Assembly (NCBI GenBank): GCA_951406725.2
Contig: OX597824.1
Span: forward strand, 80,538,001 to 80,602,000
Origin: Octopus vulgaris
Taxonomy: Eukaryota
DNA: 64,000 nt
Reading direction: 5' to 3'
Part shown: positions 41,969 through 56,380 of the stretch, piece after piece
Numbering within the stretch: the first letter of the stretch is position 1
How the letters are laid out: each line of letters begins with the position of its first letter
Position numbers and translations under genes: made by a program
The notes under the pieces: generated by a model
The model's database searches: none
The model's input: the letters and a program-made list of their open reading frames with translations, nothing else
Told to the model about the DNA's origin: nothing

Positions 41969-42241
41969 TATTCAATGACACTTCCTTGTGCTGGGGTGAG
42001 AGTAATAGTAGGCATAGAGTGAGAGGGAGTATGTGAGAGGAAGAGGGAGTTGATGTACAACTTTTTTCGATAGAAGTTTCTGTGGCTGGCATAATCAACC
42101 AACTACTGAAAATACGTTAATTTTTAATTTTAATAATTATTATTGAAGGTTATTTTTTCTATGCTGACCACTTGATAGGTTCGTTATTTTATTTTAAATT
42201 AACGATCTTATCCTTATTTATATACATACATACATTTTATA

Positions 42242-42276
<35 letters not shown>

Positions 42277-42279
<3 letters not shown>

Positions 42280-42565
42280 CGTGATCACTGTGATCGACCA
42301 GGCTATCAGATGTTGCTACATATCGCTGGTCATAAGGCGCTTAGCATTTTTTTAGCCTTCATATGATGCCACCCCGCTGGCTAAGCGAGCAGGCCAACAG
42401 ACGAAAGAGTGAGAGAAAGTTGTGGCGAAAGAGTACAGCAGGGATCGCCACCACCCCTTGCCGGAGCCTCGTGGAACGTTTTGGTGTTTTCGTTCAATAA
42501 ACACTCACAACGCCCGGTCTGGGAATCGAAACCACAATCCTACGACCGCGAGTTCGCTGCCCTAA

Positions 42566-42568
<3 letters not shown>
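42277..42568 (-). mobile_element. SINE family C head and body with a different 3' tail
   Basis: Matches family C up to ctttctctcactctt, then carries an unrelated tail ending gatcacagtgatcacggtga. Confidence 0.8.
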
Positions 42569-42623
<55 letters not shown>

Positions 42624-42723
42624 AAAGTTTACGAAAATAAACAAAAGACGAAGGCAGGTGGTGTACAAACAAACAGATGTATTAGTATAGCGCTCAGGAA
42701 TATATATATATATATATATATAC

Positions 42724-43140
42724 ACAAGAAAAAAGCAACAAGAATGGATTAATTTTTCAGTACAATTGTTTCATACGAAGAACAGCTTTATTAAAAGCTG
42801 CAAATATTGTAGCAAATACAAGTGTCCCGTACTCATCAGCCAAAACACATATGAGTTCTCCAAGCATCCTAGGGGGGGAAGCTACACTCATGAAGTATCG
42901 AAGATAGTTCTATAAAAAGCAAATTTAGATTGTATTTGCTGCAATATTTGCAGCTTTTAATAAAGCTGTTCTTCGTATGAAACAATTGTACTGAAAAACT
43001 AATCCTTTCTTCTTGCTTTTTTCTTGTTTATAATCACCCCACATTATTTTATGGTGAATACCATATAGATTTCTGGTGCATCTAAGTTAAGTACCGCATT
43101 CATGTGAATTCAATAGAACTCACTTGAATCTTAATTGCTT
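42724..43140. mobile_element. Fold-back element in (TA)n with ~97 bp inverted arms, Penelope pLTR-like
   Basis: 42724-42821 and 42930-43027 are near-perfect reverse complements. Confidence 0.7.
42754..42846 (-). ncRNA. Putative type I hammerhead ribozyme with a canonical core
   Basis: Minus strand reads ttttgg CTGATGA gtacg..(loop)..cgtat GAAA caattg TA ctgaaa. Confidence 0.6.
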
Positions 43141-43143
43141 TTA

Positions 43144-43183
<40 letters not shown>

Positions 43184-43890
43184 CAAATACAAAATGGGAC
43201 AAGAACGCAAAACATTCAAATAGACGATACCAAAAACACGGACAGGTCATTCTAAGCCTCTAATCTACAGTCAAGAACCGGATCATCCTCGCAATTTCGG
43301 CTGATATATATATTGCGCATGTATCTCTCTCCATACATATGTGTGCGTGCGTTCGTGTGTGCGTGTGTGTGTGTGCACTCATTTGCACACATTTACATGT
43401 ATGAATATATGCAGAGTCATATCAGTCAATTTTTTGGCCACCCTTTGAAATAAAAATTGTAAGAAGGCTTTTTTCGGCTGCTTATCTTCAGGATCGAACC
43501 GAATGCTTCCATCGTTATTTAACTATTCATAAATATCATCTTGCCTCTGATTTCCAAGATGGCGAAACTATTTAAATAGCGAAATATATACTCATTAACA
43601 TGTAAACGTATATATGCCTGGAAACAAACAAATTTTCTTTAAACACTTGCAATTTACAACTTAAATGTGTTTAATCGCAAATATAAAACTGTTTTTCTTT
43701 TCGCATATTCCCCCCCCCCCCCTTAGTTTACACGTAAGTATATAAGTAGAGACGTGTGCATATTTGTCGGAAAACGGTCCTCATTTATCAACTGAACGAT
43801 CACAAACACACAACAACACACACACACATACACACACACACAATACATATATAAGTGTATATATGTACATTACATATATGTATGTATATA

Positions 43891-43949
<59 letters not shown>

Positions 43950-44059
43950 GTATATATATATATATTATATATTACATATATGTATGTATATATATATATA
44001 TGTATATTATGTATATATTTATATGTATACACACACACATATATATGTATATATATATG

Positions 44060-44147
<88 letters not shown>

Positions 44148-44352
44148 AGCTGTGATATCGTTATAAGAGTATGTTTATAAAGAATCAAATAATACATGAC
44201 AGACAGAAAGAAAAGAATATAACAGAAACCATAATTTGATATCTTAACGTATTCAAATAGGAAATGTTTCGGTTGTTTGTTTTTTTTTTTTGCATAAAAT
44301 GTTTTTAGTTGATGATGTTGCTCTTGTTTTTGTCCAACACTGCTTCTTTTAT

Positions 44353-44389
<37 letters not shown>

Positions 44390-44613
44390 AATACCCCCCC
44401 ACACACACACACGCACAAAAACACCACGCACTCACACACATACACACACCAAGTGACGTCTATTTTCTTCTTGCTAAAACATCTGCCGAGCTCTCTTATT
44501 AATCATAATCGTAGTGACAACCTCTATTTTGGATATGTTTTAAACTACACACCAAATAAGGAAATACACTGTTGCAAAGAAACAGCAGTCATTTTATCGA
44601 ATATATTTCATAA

Positions 44614-45000
44614 TCTTTATATATAAAAGTAAGGTTGTGTGTCTGTCTCCTACGATTTAGATTCCTAACTACTCCCACATTTTGCGGTGCAGTTTAACCA
44701 AAACCGGGTATCTTATAGTTGTGATTCATATCGAGCCCTTCTGGGTATTAGCGCGCGTCTACGATGAGTCTACGATTTTAAAAATAATTTACCATTATTT
44801 TTTCCATTTTAATGCATATTTTTTAAAAGGGAAGTAACTCTCTAAAAATGTCTACGATGAGTCAACGATTTAAAAAAAAATTACCATAATTTTTTTCCAT
44901 TTTTAATGCATTTTTTTGCTATTGTTTGGCTATAACTCTCTAAAAATGCTTTATAGTTATTTCCCTTACAAACCCGAGCAACGCCGGGCGATACTGCTAG
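44614..45000 (+). mobile_element. Non-autonomous Helitron
   Basis: A|TC...hairpin...CTAG|T; sister copy of 4837-5233. Confidence 0.92.
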
Positions 45001-45313
45001 TTTCTTATAAATTTGTTACTGTCGTTCTTTAGACCTAGGCTCACGCTCTTCCAAGAGATCTACAATCATAAGCATTTTATTGTGACCACCCTGTCTCTTG
45101 TATACTAATATTTTTTGAGAATATATTATCCAATGTATTCCCCTAGTAATTTTTAAACGTAATAGAATGGGATTTGAAGAGGTTTGGCAGTTATTTCCAA
45201 CACGGGGAGTGGCCATGCAGTAGCTCATGCGTTAGATTGATAATCTGATCGATCCGTTGTTCGTGTCACGTCCTACGTCACCTTTGACGGAATAGGTTCG
45301 TGTTACACAGATA

Positions 45314-45546
45314 TATTTCTTTACTACCCACAAGGGGCTAAACACAGAGGGGATAAACAAGGACAGACAAACGGATTAAGTCGATTACATCGACCCCAGT
45401 GCGTAACAGGTACTTAATTTATCGACCCCGAAAGGATGAAAGGCAAAGTCGACCTCGGCGGAATTTGAACTCAGAATGTAACGGCAGACGAAATACGGCT
45501 TCGCATTTCGCCCGGCGTGCTAACGTTTCTGCCAGCTCGCCGCCTT
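45314..45546 (-). mobile_element. SINE family A, full length
   Basis: Complete copy; tcgtgttacacagata is repeated on both sides (45298, 45550), a TSD candidate. Confidence 0.92.
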
Positions 45547-45906
45547 ATCTCGTGTTACACAGATAGTCGGCCAAATCACCAGTCAGGTTTGGTTCACAGA
45601 TTCACAAAGCCTTTACGTAAGATACACAAAGCCTGCTCGTAACTGAGGACCTCATTGTATATTGAGCCCTTGCAGTGATGAATATCAATGAGATTTAGCA
45701 TCAGGTTGAAAACGTTGCGTGAAGATATGTCGTTGGTTGTATTTGACACACATTTAAATGCTGGCAGGGTACCTTTTCATCGATTTTGACGAATAAGTTC
45801 TAGTTGTTAGATCAGCGATTGTATTAACGTATATGTGACCGTAGCCTGTCGTTTATGTATGTATGTATGTATGTATGTATGTATGTATGTATGTATGTAT
45901 GTATGT

Positions 45907-46740
45907 TAGGAGTGGCTGTGTGGTAAGTAGCTTGCTTACCAACCACATGGTTCTGGGTTCAGTTCTACTGCATGGCATCTCGGACAAATGTCTTCTACTA
46001 TAGCCTAGGTCCGACCAAAGCCTTGTGAGTAGATTTGGTAAACGGAAACTGAAAGAAGCCCGTCGTATATATGTATATATATATATATATATGTGTGTAT
46101 GTGTGTGTGTGTGTGTGTATGTGTGTGTGTATGTTTATGGTGTCTGTGTTTGTCCCCCCAACATCGCTTGACAACCGATGCTGGTGTGTTTACGTCCCCG
46201 TAACTTAGCGGTTCGGTAAAAGAGATCGATAGAATAAGTACTAGACTTGCAAAGAATAAAGTCCTGGGGTAGATTTGCTCGACTAAAGGCGGTGCTTCAG
46301 CATGGCCACAGTCACATGACTAAAACAAGTAAAAGAGTATGTATGTATGTATGTATGTATATAAGTCTTTGTTTGTCCTCCAGTACCACTTGGCAACCGG
46401 AGTTGGTGTGTTTAGGACCCCGTAACGTAGCGGTTCGGCAAAAGTGATCGATAGAATAAGTACTAGACTTGCAAGGAATAAGTCCTGGGGTCGATTTGCT
46501 CGACTAAAGGCGGTGCTTCAGCATGGCCACAGTCACATGACTAAAACAAGTAAAAGAGTATGAATGTATGTATATAAGTCTTTGTTTGTCCTCCAGTACC
46601 ACTTGGCAACCGGAGTTGGTGTGTTTACGACCCCGTAACTTAACGGTAAAAGGTCAACTCATTTGACTAAATAAATTTTTTTCCAGGTGGAGCCCCAGCA
46701 TGGTCAAACTCCAATGACTAAAAAAATTGAAAATTAAATG
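45907..46740 (+). mobile_element. SINE family B with a ~222 bp tandem duplication of its 3' part
   Basis: gatcgatagaataagtactagacttgcaa occurs at ~46224 and ~46446. Confidence 0.85.
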
Positions 46741-46804
46741 AACGCCAAGTCAACTTTTCTGCTCTGCAGAGTTTACGTTGTTTGACGTCATCCTCTTTTG
46801 CGTT

Positions 46805-47696
46805 TACTCTTTTACTCTTTTTTTTTTTTTTTTTTTTTTTTAATTGTTTCAGTCATTTGACTGCGGCCATGGAGCACCGCCAGTACTTATTCTATCGGTC
46901 TCTTTTGCCGAACCGCTAATTGACGGGGACGTAAACACACCAGCATCTGTTGTCAACCAATGCTAGGGGGACAAACACAGACACAAACACATACACACAC
47001 ATATATATACATATATACGACGGGCTTCTTTCAGTTTCCGTCTACCAAATCCACTCACAAGGCTTTGGTCGGCCCGAGGCTATAGTAGAAGACACTTGCC
47101 CAAGATGCCACGCAGTGGGACTGAACCCGGAACCATGTGGTTGATTAGCAAGCTACTTACCACACAGCCACTAATAACAAAATATTATTAGATGAGATCT
47201 GTGCGGTGTATGAGCCATTGTTCGTTTCTCTTCTTCGTTCCTAGACGTGGATTCATGTTAAAGGTAGGAATTTCCATCTCTCATCATATACTCTCTTTTA
47301 CTTGTTTCAGTCATTTGACTGCGGCCATGCTGGAGCACCGCCTTTAGTCGAGCAAATCGACCCCGGGACTTATTCTTTTGTAAGCCCAGTACTTATTCAT
47401 CAGTCTCTTTTTGCCGAACCGCTAAGTGACGGGGACGTAAACACACCAGCATCGGTTGTCAAGCAATGCTAGGAGGACAAACACACACACACAAACACAT
47501 ACACACATATATATATATATATATACATATATACGACAGGCTTCTTTCAGTTTCCGTCTACCAAATCCACTCACAAGGCATTGGTCGGCCCGGGGCTATA
47601 GCAGAAGACACTTGCCCAAGATGCCACGCAGTGGGACTGAACCCGGAACCATGTGGTTGGTTAGCAAGCTACTTACCACACAGCCGCTCCTGCGCC
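46805..47696 (-). mobile_element. Two SINE family B copies (46805-47172, 47291-47696)
   Basis: Both have head and tail; the first has an internal deletion. Confidence 0.88.
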
Positions 47697-47945
47697 TCTT
47701 TTGTCTCTGTGTACACTATCTGTGTGTGTCTTTGTGTCTGTGTCTGTCTCTCGATCAATGCTTGATAAGCGGCGTTGGTGTGTTTACGCGCCGTAACGAT
47801 ATAATAAGTATTAAGCTAAAAAAAAATGTTCTGAGGCCGATTCGTTCGGCTAAATCATTTGAAGGCTGTGCTCCAGCATGGTCAAAGCAAAATTGCTGAA
47901 ACAAGTAAAAGAATGAAAGAATACTCTCTCTCTCTCTCTCTCTTT

Positions 47946-48364
47946 AAGGCGGCGAGCTGGCAGAAACGTTAGCACGACGGACGAAATGCTCAGTGGTATT
48001 TCGTCTGCCGCTACGTTCTGAGTTCAAATTCCGCCGAGGTCGACATTGCCTTTCATCCTTTCAGGGTCGATAAATTAAGTACCAGCTACGCACTGGGGTC
48101 GATATAATCGACTTAATCCCTTTGTCTGTCCTTGTTTGTCCCTTCTATGTTTAGCCCCTTGTGGGTAGTAAAGAAATAGGTATTTCGTCTGTCTTTACGT
48201 TCTGAGTTCAAATTCCGCCGAGGTCGACTTTGCCTTTCATACTTTCGGGGTCGATTAAGTAAGTACCAGTTACGCACTGGGGTCAATGTAATCGACTTAA
48301 TCCGTTTGTCTGTCCTTGTTTATCCCCTCTATGTTTAGCCCCTTGTGGGCAATAAAGAAATAAG

Positions 48365-48365
<1 letters not shown>
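47946..48365 (+). mobile_element. SINE family A, one head plus two tandem 184 bp body units
   Basis: Units start ggtatttcg at ~47995 and ~48179. Confidence 0.9.
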
Positions 48366-48395
<30 letters not shown>

Positions 48396-48398
48396 CCC

Positions 48399-48429
<31 letters not shown>

Positions 48430-48437
48430 CCCCTCTG

Positions 48438-48471
<34 letters not shown>

Positions 48472-49229
48472 ACACACACTTGTATAGTCGCTGAGTTGTA
48501 GATAGTGCTAGGGGCCCAGATTACCTACTCCGCAGTGTTGAACATGAAGCGCTGAGCATCGTACTTCTGCGTTCAAATCAAGCCATTTATAGAGAAGACA
48601 TAACTATTTATTAATAACCGTCATGTTCTTGATGCTCTTCAATAACACAACTTTATACACGAACGCTTAGAATTAATAGCCCTGTGTCAAAACTAGATAT
48701 TAATTTCTTTAAAAATTCTTTTCCGTGTTTATTTTTTTCCTTGAACATTCAAGACAAGCACACAGCATCTTTTGCATCTCTCATCTGTTATCATTCCTCC
48801 TTCATCGCATCTAATTTCCACCTCTCCCTTCTCCCCTATCTCTCTCTCTGTCTGTCTCGCTCTTTCTCTCTCGCTCTTTCTCTCTCGCTTCCTTTTGTTT
48901 CTCATTGTCACTTTACTTTCACTTTCTGTTTCTCTCTATTGTATGTAATTATATCAACGATTTTTGATTTTGATATTTTGAAGTAAGTTCCACATACATC
49001 TTAACATCTTTTCAATTGACCTTTCAAACATTGTTTGTTTGTGTACGGTTGTGTGTGTTTGGGGGTATGTGTGTGAGTGTGCACGTACGTATGTATGTAT
49101 GTATGTATGTATGTATGTATGTATGTATGTATGTATGTATGTATGTATGTATGTATGCATGCAAACATTTATGTATGTATGTAAATATGTATATACATAT
49201 ATACATATGTATGTGTGCATATATGTGTA

Positions 49230-49269
<40 letters not shown>

Positions 49270-49334
49270 TGATAGATAGATAGATACATAGATAGATATG
49301 TAGATAAATATCTGCATATGTACATATATATCTG

Positions 49335-49422
<88 letters not shown>

Positions 49423-49617
49423 CACACATATATATATAAATATATGTATATATGCATATATATATGTATACACACACATATAGATATATCTTATATATGT
49501 TTGTAAACGTATATGCACACATATATATGTACTTTTGCTCATATTCGTGTGTGTTTCTATGTATATATATGTACACACACACAAATACAAACACACACAC
49601 ACACACACACACAAATA

Positions 49618-49655
<38 letters not shown>

Positions 49656-50533
49656 CATACATATGCTTGCAGATGTACATACGTATACAAACATAGATGG
49701 AGATATATAATTTCTGATCAACCCTACACCCGCTCTCTCAACTTCTCTAATTCCGCGTAACTATTCTGAACATCTTTCTAACTTCCATCCACAGGAAGTT
49801 GTATCATCTGACGAATATTTATTTCACTTCATCTTTGCATATACAGCTCATATTTCTCGAAGCCGCTCTTTATTCTGACATAGAAATAAAACTCTCCGAT
49901 CAAGAAAGAAAGTATGAAATACAAAAGAATATATTTTTGTAGAAAACGAAAGAAAAAAAATTTGCAAGAAAAAATAACAAATAAAGTTTTTTGAAAAGAA
50001 GTTGTTTTTTTTTTTGTGTTTTATACGCATATAATTGTGTTTGGATATTTATACATATACTGCCAGGCACATACACGTACATACACATGACACACACGTT
50101 CGAACACACTGCGTGCGCGCACATACATATGCACGTATATATGCGTGTGTGTGTGTGTGTGTGTGTGTGCATGTTGTGTATGTACGCAAAATCCACACAC
50201 CGATATGTTTCTCACACTCACAGACATACATATATACATACACACACATACATATTACACACACATATATATATATAGGAACATAAATATATAATCAAAC
50301 ATGTACAGATACAGAATCTCTCATAGATTTATATATGTATATATACATACATATTGAAAGCACAATCGTAACTGGCACATTTACACACATACACACACAC
50401 CTACACATACGCACGCACACATACGCGCAAACACACATATGTGCATGCATACATACATACGTACATACGAACATACATACTTATTTCACACTCTCCCTTG
50501 ACTACCTTGTCCTTCACTCTTCCTGACCGCCTA

Positions 50534-50605
<72 letters not shown>

Positions 50606-50638
50606 TATATATAGATAGATAGATAGATACATACATAC

Positions 50639-50695
<57 letters not shown>

Positions 50696-50858
50696 CCGAC
50701 AGACAGAGAGACAAACATACTTATATGTAAATATATGCGTATATATGTACACAAAGACACCAAATTGCATACATATAGCACATACAAGACAGTGGACCCA
50801 TAAACATATATACAAATATATATATATGCATACGTACATGTATACACAAATACACACA

Positions 50859-50906
<48 letters not shown>

Positions 50907-51484
50907 GCATGTGTACACATGTGTTTGTGCGTATGTAGACAGATAGACAAACTTATATACGTGTGTGCATGCATCTGTGCGTTTATTATATATTTAACAT
51001 TCAAATATTCAACCTTAATTCTTCCGTTATCTTTTCTCGATACCTTGTTTGACATCTTTATGCGTTTTCCAGAATCGTATTCCCATATCAGGGATTGGAG
51101 GCGGTAGGGAAGCTGCGCTCCCTACCACTCCAGAGGGTTAAAAACAGAAGAAAAAAATGTACGTATTTTATGTCGTCGCGATGTCTAGGAATATGGCAAG
51201 TTGAAGATAATCACTTCAGAATTCTCTGAATGTAACCCAACACCAATGGTCGCCTGTTTACACGGATAATTGCTCATTAATTGTACCTCTACCAACAGAA
51301 GAGTTCCGCTTTCGACCGCGTAGAAATAAATCTTCATAAAGCGTTTGAGATTCCGTCTATTGCCATGCGTTATCTCGTTGACTCGCTTATGCGCATGTCT
51401 CCTATTCCCTCTCTTTCTCTCTCTCTCTCTCTGTTTGTCTCTCTTCCTTCTCTTTCTCGCACTTTTGTTTTTTTCCTGTATATA

Positions 51485-51531
<47 letters not shown>

Positions 51532-51767
51532 GTATGAATATATATGCATGAGTATATATGTATATATATATGTATATATATATATATATATACATACATA
51601 TATTAATATATACACATACACACATATAAATATACACACATATAAATATATTTATATGTGTGTATGTGTGTATATATATATTTATATGTGTGTGTATGCG
51701 TATATATATATATATGTATGCATAAAATATAAATATATATATATACGCATGCAAACACACACACACA

Positions 51768-51815
<48 letters not shown>

Positions 51816-51952
51816 ATTACTAACCTACACAGAGACACAGACATAAATTTAAGTATATGTATATATATATTTGTACGTATATATATATATATACATATAT
51901 ATATATACATATATACATATATATACATATATACTCATGCATATATATTCAT

Positions 51953-52045
<93 letters not shown>

Positions 52046-52561
52046 CATATATACATACATACATATACATATATATATATGTTTCTGTGCGTGTTTTCCG
52101 TGTATGGATTACGTCTTTCAACTTTAGTATATGTATATGTACGCATATATACATGTATGTATATGTATGTGTATGTGTGTGTTTGTGTGTTGCGCGTAAG
52201 AAAAATACAAAATCAAAACATCTACACTAGCAACAGTAAAACATCACAGACCCATCAACGTATATTTCAGATAATTTACCCGCCAAAAAACAAACAAGAA
52301 AAATGAAAAACAAAATCAAAAGAGAACGAAAACAAAGAAACGATTAATTGTCTTTAAAGACCAGAAATACGTATAGTCGTACAGTTTGTCTACCATAAAC
52401 TATGAAAGTGCCAATCTTAGTGAAATAAATTAGTCACTTTGAAATATGAATGGTTAAAAAAGTGTTCTCCTGCATGCATGAAAAGTGTGTCATATTATAT
52501 TTATGCGTATGTGTATGTATGTATATAGATATGAATATATATAGGTATGTGCATGTGTATG

Positions 52562-52595
<34 letters not shown>

Positions 52596-52726
52596 GGTAT
52601 GTGCATATGTATGTGTAGGTGCGCGCACATGTGTGTTTTGTTCGCGTTCTTGTGCGTATATGCATCTAGCAATGGGTGTGTATGTATATAAGTATATCTT
52701 TATATATATGTATGTATGTATATATA

Positions 52727-52777
<51 letters not shown>

Positions 52778-52780
<3 letters not shown>

Positions 52781-54130
52781 TAAACTTAGATAAACTTACA
52801 TATGTTTCGACCAAAGATTGGTCCAGGCCATGTCTAACATAATAGTCCCACCTGATAGAATTACCTAATTTCTTTTTAAGTCAAGTTTTGTGGTATCATG
52901 GTCCATTCAAGTAGTGAGTTCTTGTTGAGTAAGTTGTATCGAGGTATAGGTCGCTTATCGGGTGTTCTTTGAAGAAATTTGACCAGACTCCGTTTAAATG
53001 TGATGGGATCCTTTCCTTCTTTGATCAGTTTTGGGACAATGTTAAAATGGGCAGGGCCTGTTGCGGAAAAGATATTGTGTCGCAGTGTACCTGAATTGGG
53101 CAGTGGACGTATGGCCCGTGGTCCCAGCCTTGGATTAACCTTGAAGCTAATGTTCAAGTCGTTTGTGAAATGCTGGCGGTATATTCTCCACATCGTGCAA
53201 TTGAGGTACCGCTCACGGCGACGCTGGAGAGAGTAGAGTTTCAAGGTTTTAAGGCGGTCCCAGTAATCGAGATCAGTGATGCCCTTAATTCTTTAAGTGA
53301 ATGCCCTCTGGGGTGATTCAATTTTCGAGATGTTTTGTTTTGTATGGGGAGACCACAGGGGGCAGCATTATGCGAGGTGTGGCCGTACAAAGGAAGAGAA
53401 AATTGGAATGATGACACCTTGTTGTCTAGACCGAAAGGTTCTTAAGATCAAAGAGCTCATCCTACGAGCTATATTGACCTTATTGTTTATGTGGGCACTC
53501 CAACTGAGATAGTTATTAACAAATACTCCTAGGCCTCTGATATTATTAGATGCAGTGAGCGGTTTCCCTGAAGGAAGAGAGGATGGCTGTTTTAATATAG
53601 TCTTTTTTCCAAAATGCATCAGTTCAAATTTTCCCTCATTCTGTTGCATTTTGTTTTATTCCGCCTATAGACACAAAGCTGAGTACGGTCTTCTTCATTA
53701 ATGATTTGCTGGAGATTAGTGTCATCAGCAAATATTATCACTTTGCAGTGTTTTACGACGCTGGAAAGGTTGTTTATGAAGATTATAAATAGGAGCGGGC
53801 CTAAGACTGGTGACTTTTGCTGGGCTTGACTGGACTCCATCGACCACAACATGTTGTCTTCTATTCGCCAGGAATTACGCAATCCAGTGTAGAAGTTTTC
53901 CATGGATTCCAACATTTGCCAATTTAGAGAGTAAGATATGGTCAACCCTGTCGAACGATTTACTGAAGTCAAGATATATGACACTGGAGTTCGAACCTGT
54001 TCCCAAGGCTTTACGCATGTGCTCTATGTGGCGTAAGAGCTGTGTTAGACAGTCCTTGCCGCAGCGAAAGCCATGCTGATTTGCATTTAGGAGTTTGTGG
54101 ATCTCCAGGAAGCCAGTAAATGACGAGCTT
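52778..54130 (-). pseudogene. 5'-truncated CR1/L2-group LINE (RT, C-terminus and 3' UTR)
   Basis: Reads NQHGFRCGKDCLTQLL, VIYLDFSKSFDRVDH, VLGPLLFIIFINNL..IFADDT, LYSLQRRRERY..FKRSLVKFL, with frameshifts. Confidence 0.9.
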
Positions 54131-54741
54131 CTGTACCGCTTCCATATACCAAATTCACGTTGTCGGCTTGAAAATATTTACGGATATGTCATTGGTTTCA
54201 ATCTCAGCGCAGAGTGGGTTTGAATCTAAGACTACATAATTGCAAATGAAATTTCTTAATAATTTAGCCATACCCACGTCTGTTTGTGAGTACAAGTAAT
54301 TCTTCTTCATCCGGTGTATTTTAAAGTTTTTAAAACTCATACATGATAAAACGGCCGAAGCAACATGAATTTACGTTGCGTGTTTAAAATTTAAACGAAG
54401 GCATTTTGTTTTAATTATGTAATGCGTGTTATAGAAGCGTTTCTATCGGAATATTTTAGGGTTTATTCTGATAAATGTTCATATGTTAATCTGCCATGTA
54501 TATAAGTTTGTGAAAGTTGCATAATTTTGTTTTACAAATGAATATTATTAATAGGAAAGCATTATTCTGAAACCATGTGCTCAGTCCCTCAAGAATATTC
54601 ATCCGTGTATCTTCCAGATCACGAGCCACAATTACAGGAACTGCAAGTATATTGGCATGTACGGATCAAATTGCTATAACGATGCCAGAAACCAACGAGA
54701 TCGGGATGATAAGAATAATAGTAAGAATAATAGTAAAGGCC

Positions 54742-55010
54742 GAAAATGACGCTAGAAGCTGGGATCACCAAGCGTAGATTGGGATATTTCGGTCATATTA
54801 TGCGGAGAGAATCCCTGGAGAAGGACATCATGCTCGGAATGGTCAGTGGCAAGAGAGGAAGAGGCCGACCAAGAACCCGCTGGCTTGACACCATCAGGAG
54901 TGATACCGGAATGGACATGGCCAGTCTGAAGGAAGCGGCCCAGGATAGAACTGACATGAGGACACTGATCCAACGAGTGACCGAGAGTTGACTTCGACTG
55001 AGCGGATAGA
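54742..55010 (+). mobile_element. RTE (BovB-like) LINE 3' fragment
   Basis: LEAGITKRRLGYFGHIMRRESLEKDIMLGMVSGKRGRGRPRTRWLD..AAQDR is the typical RTE C-terminus. Confidence 0.9.
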
Positions 55011-55729
55011 GAAAGACGAACGAGCTCGTCCAAAGAGCAAAACTAAATGAAAAGTCAGTGGGTTTTTGGGTTTGTAGGTATTGAGCAAATCCATGCTTCC
55101 GGGCACTATGATGGGGACACTAAAACAGTCGCTTTTGTTTAGTTGCTGTATGTTTCGTTCTTGTAGGATCTCCAGGTAGATAAAAAATACGCCGAGGTTA
55201 TCAGTACCATTCAGTAATTGGCCCAAGTGGAAGCAAACCCCGAAAGGTCGGGCAGAGACGGTGAATTCATACATCGCTTCCGTCGTATACAACTACTCTC
55301 TTGTACCTGTTTTGTTGTAACTAGATTTGAGATATAAAGGACACGTCTCACCGTTACAGCGGTCCATCTACTGCTAACATCCTCTGTGTGGAAGCCTCTG
55401 TTAGCTATGTTTAATGACACCCATGCACTGATTCTGTGGCACTTTCAGAGATTACTAGACCGTAAGCAGGTTTAGTCAACATTTTCTCAAGCACTGTTTC
55501 TAGTTCGTGTTGTCGATAAGGCAACAGTCATAGGTAGAGCGAAGAGGAAGACTGCCTAGCTTATGGAATATCACGCCTTTACGTCCTTCTACTAGTCAGC
55601 TTTGTGGCCGATGGAGCTTACAGGTATGATTCTATAGAAGTTCTGGGAATATTAAAAAAAACGTTATTTGGGTAATTCTTCTAGTGCATTCCAAATGATT
55701 TATCAATCTGGGTTATGTATGTAACTTCC

Positions 55730-56380
55730 TGTAGAGGCGTGTGGCTTAGTGGTTAGGGTGTCAGCATCATGATCGTTAAATTGTGGTTTCGATTCCTGGA
55801 CCGGGTGACGCGTTGTGTTCTTGAGCAAAACACTTCTGAAGACGCTCGACCTTTATTCTCTAGAAAAACGACGACGCCGTGGTGATCTCATTCTTGCTCA
55901 CAACATCATAAGCGGAAAGTATAACCTCTCGAAAGAGCTGTTCTTCACTCCTGCTTTAGAGCGTCGGCTGCGGGGTCACTCCGAAAAGTTCTATCTGCGA
56001 CGATTTCATCCCAATCGAAAGAGAGGGGCTTTCTCTGTCCGGGTTGCGGATCCGTGGAATAAGCTGCCGGACGAGATAGTGAAGATGCCGACGACCGCTC
56101 GGTTCAAAGTCTCTCTTGACCAGAAATGGCCTGAACTCTTTGCATGAACACCCTCCTTGTACATAACTCCATGTCTCCCTACATGGCCTTGCTTTTTGCT
56201 TTTTGAGCCAAAAACTTAACTTAACTTAACTTCATTTCACGTTGCTCCAGTCCCTTCAGCTGGCAAAAATGAGTGATCCTGTGACAGACCAACGCCTCTT
56301 CCAAGTGGGGAATATATATGCCATAAAACCAGGAAACCAGCCCTTACGAGTCGGTGCAACACGAGAAAGTAACTTTTTAC
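55730..56380 (+). mobile_element. tRNA-headed SINE (family D), split by a CR1 fragment
   Basis: A box tggcttagtgg, B box ggtttcgattcc; TSD candidate tatgtaacttcc (55718) / tatataacttcc (56381). Confidence 0.75.
55836..56232 (+). mobile_element. CR1-type LINE 3' fragment with an (AACTT)n tail
   Basis: LDLYSLEKRRRRGDLI..RGHSEK..FSVRVADPWNKLP..FKVSLD, then a short UTR and aactt repeats. Confidence 0.9.
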
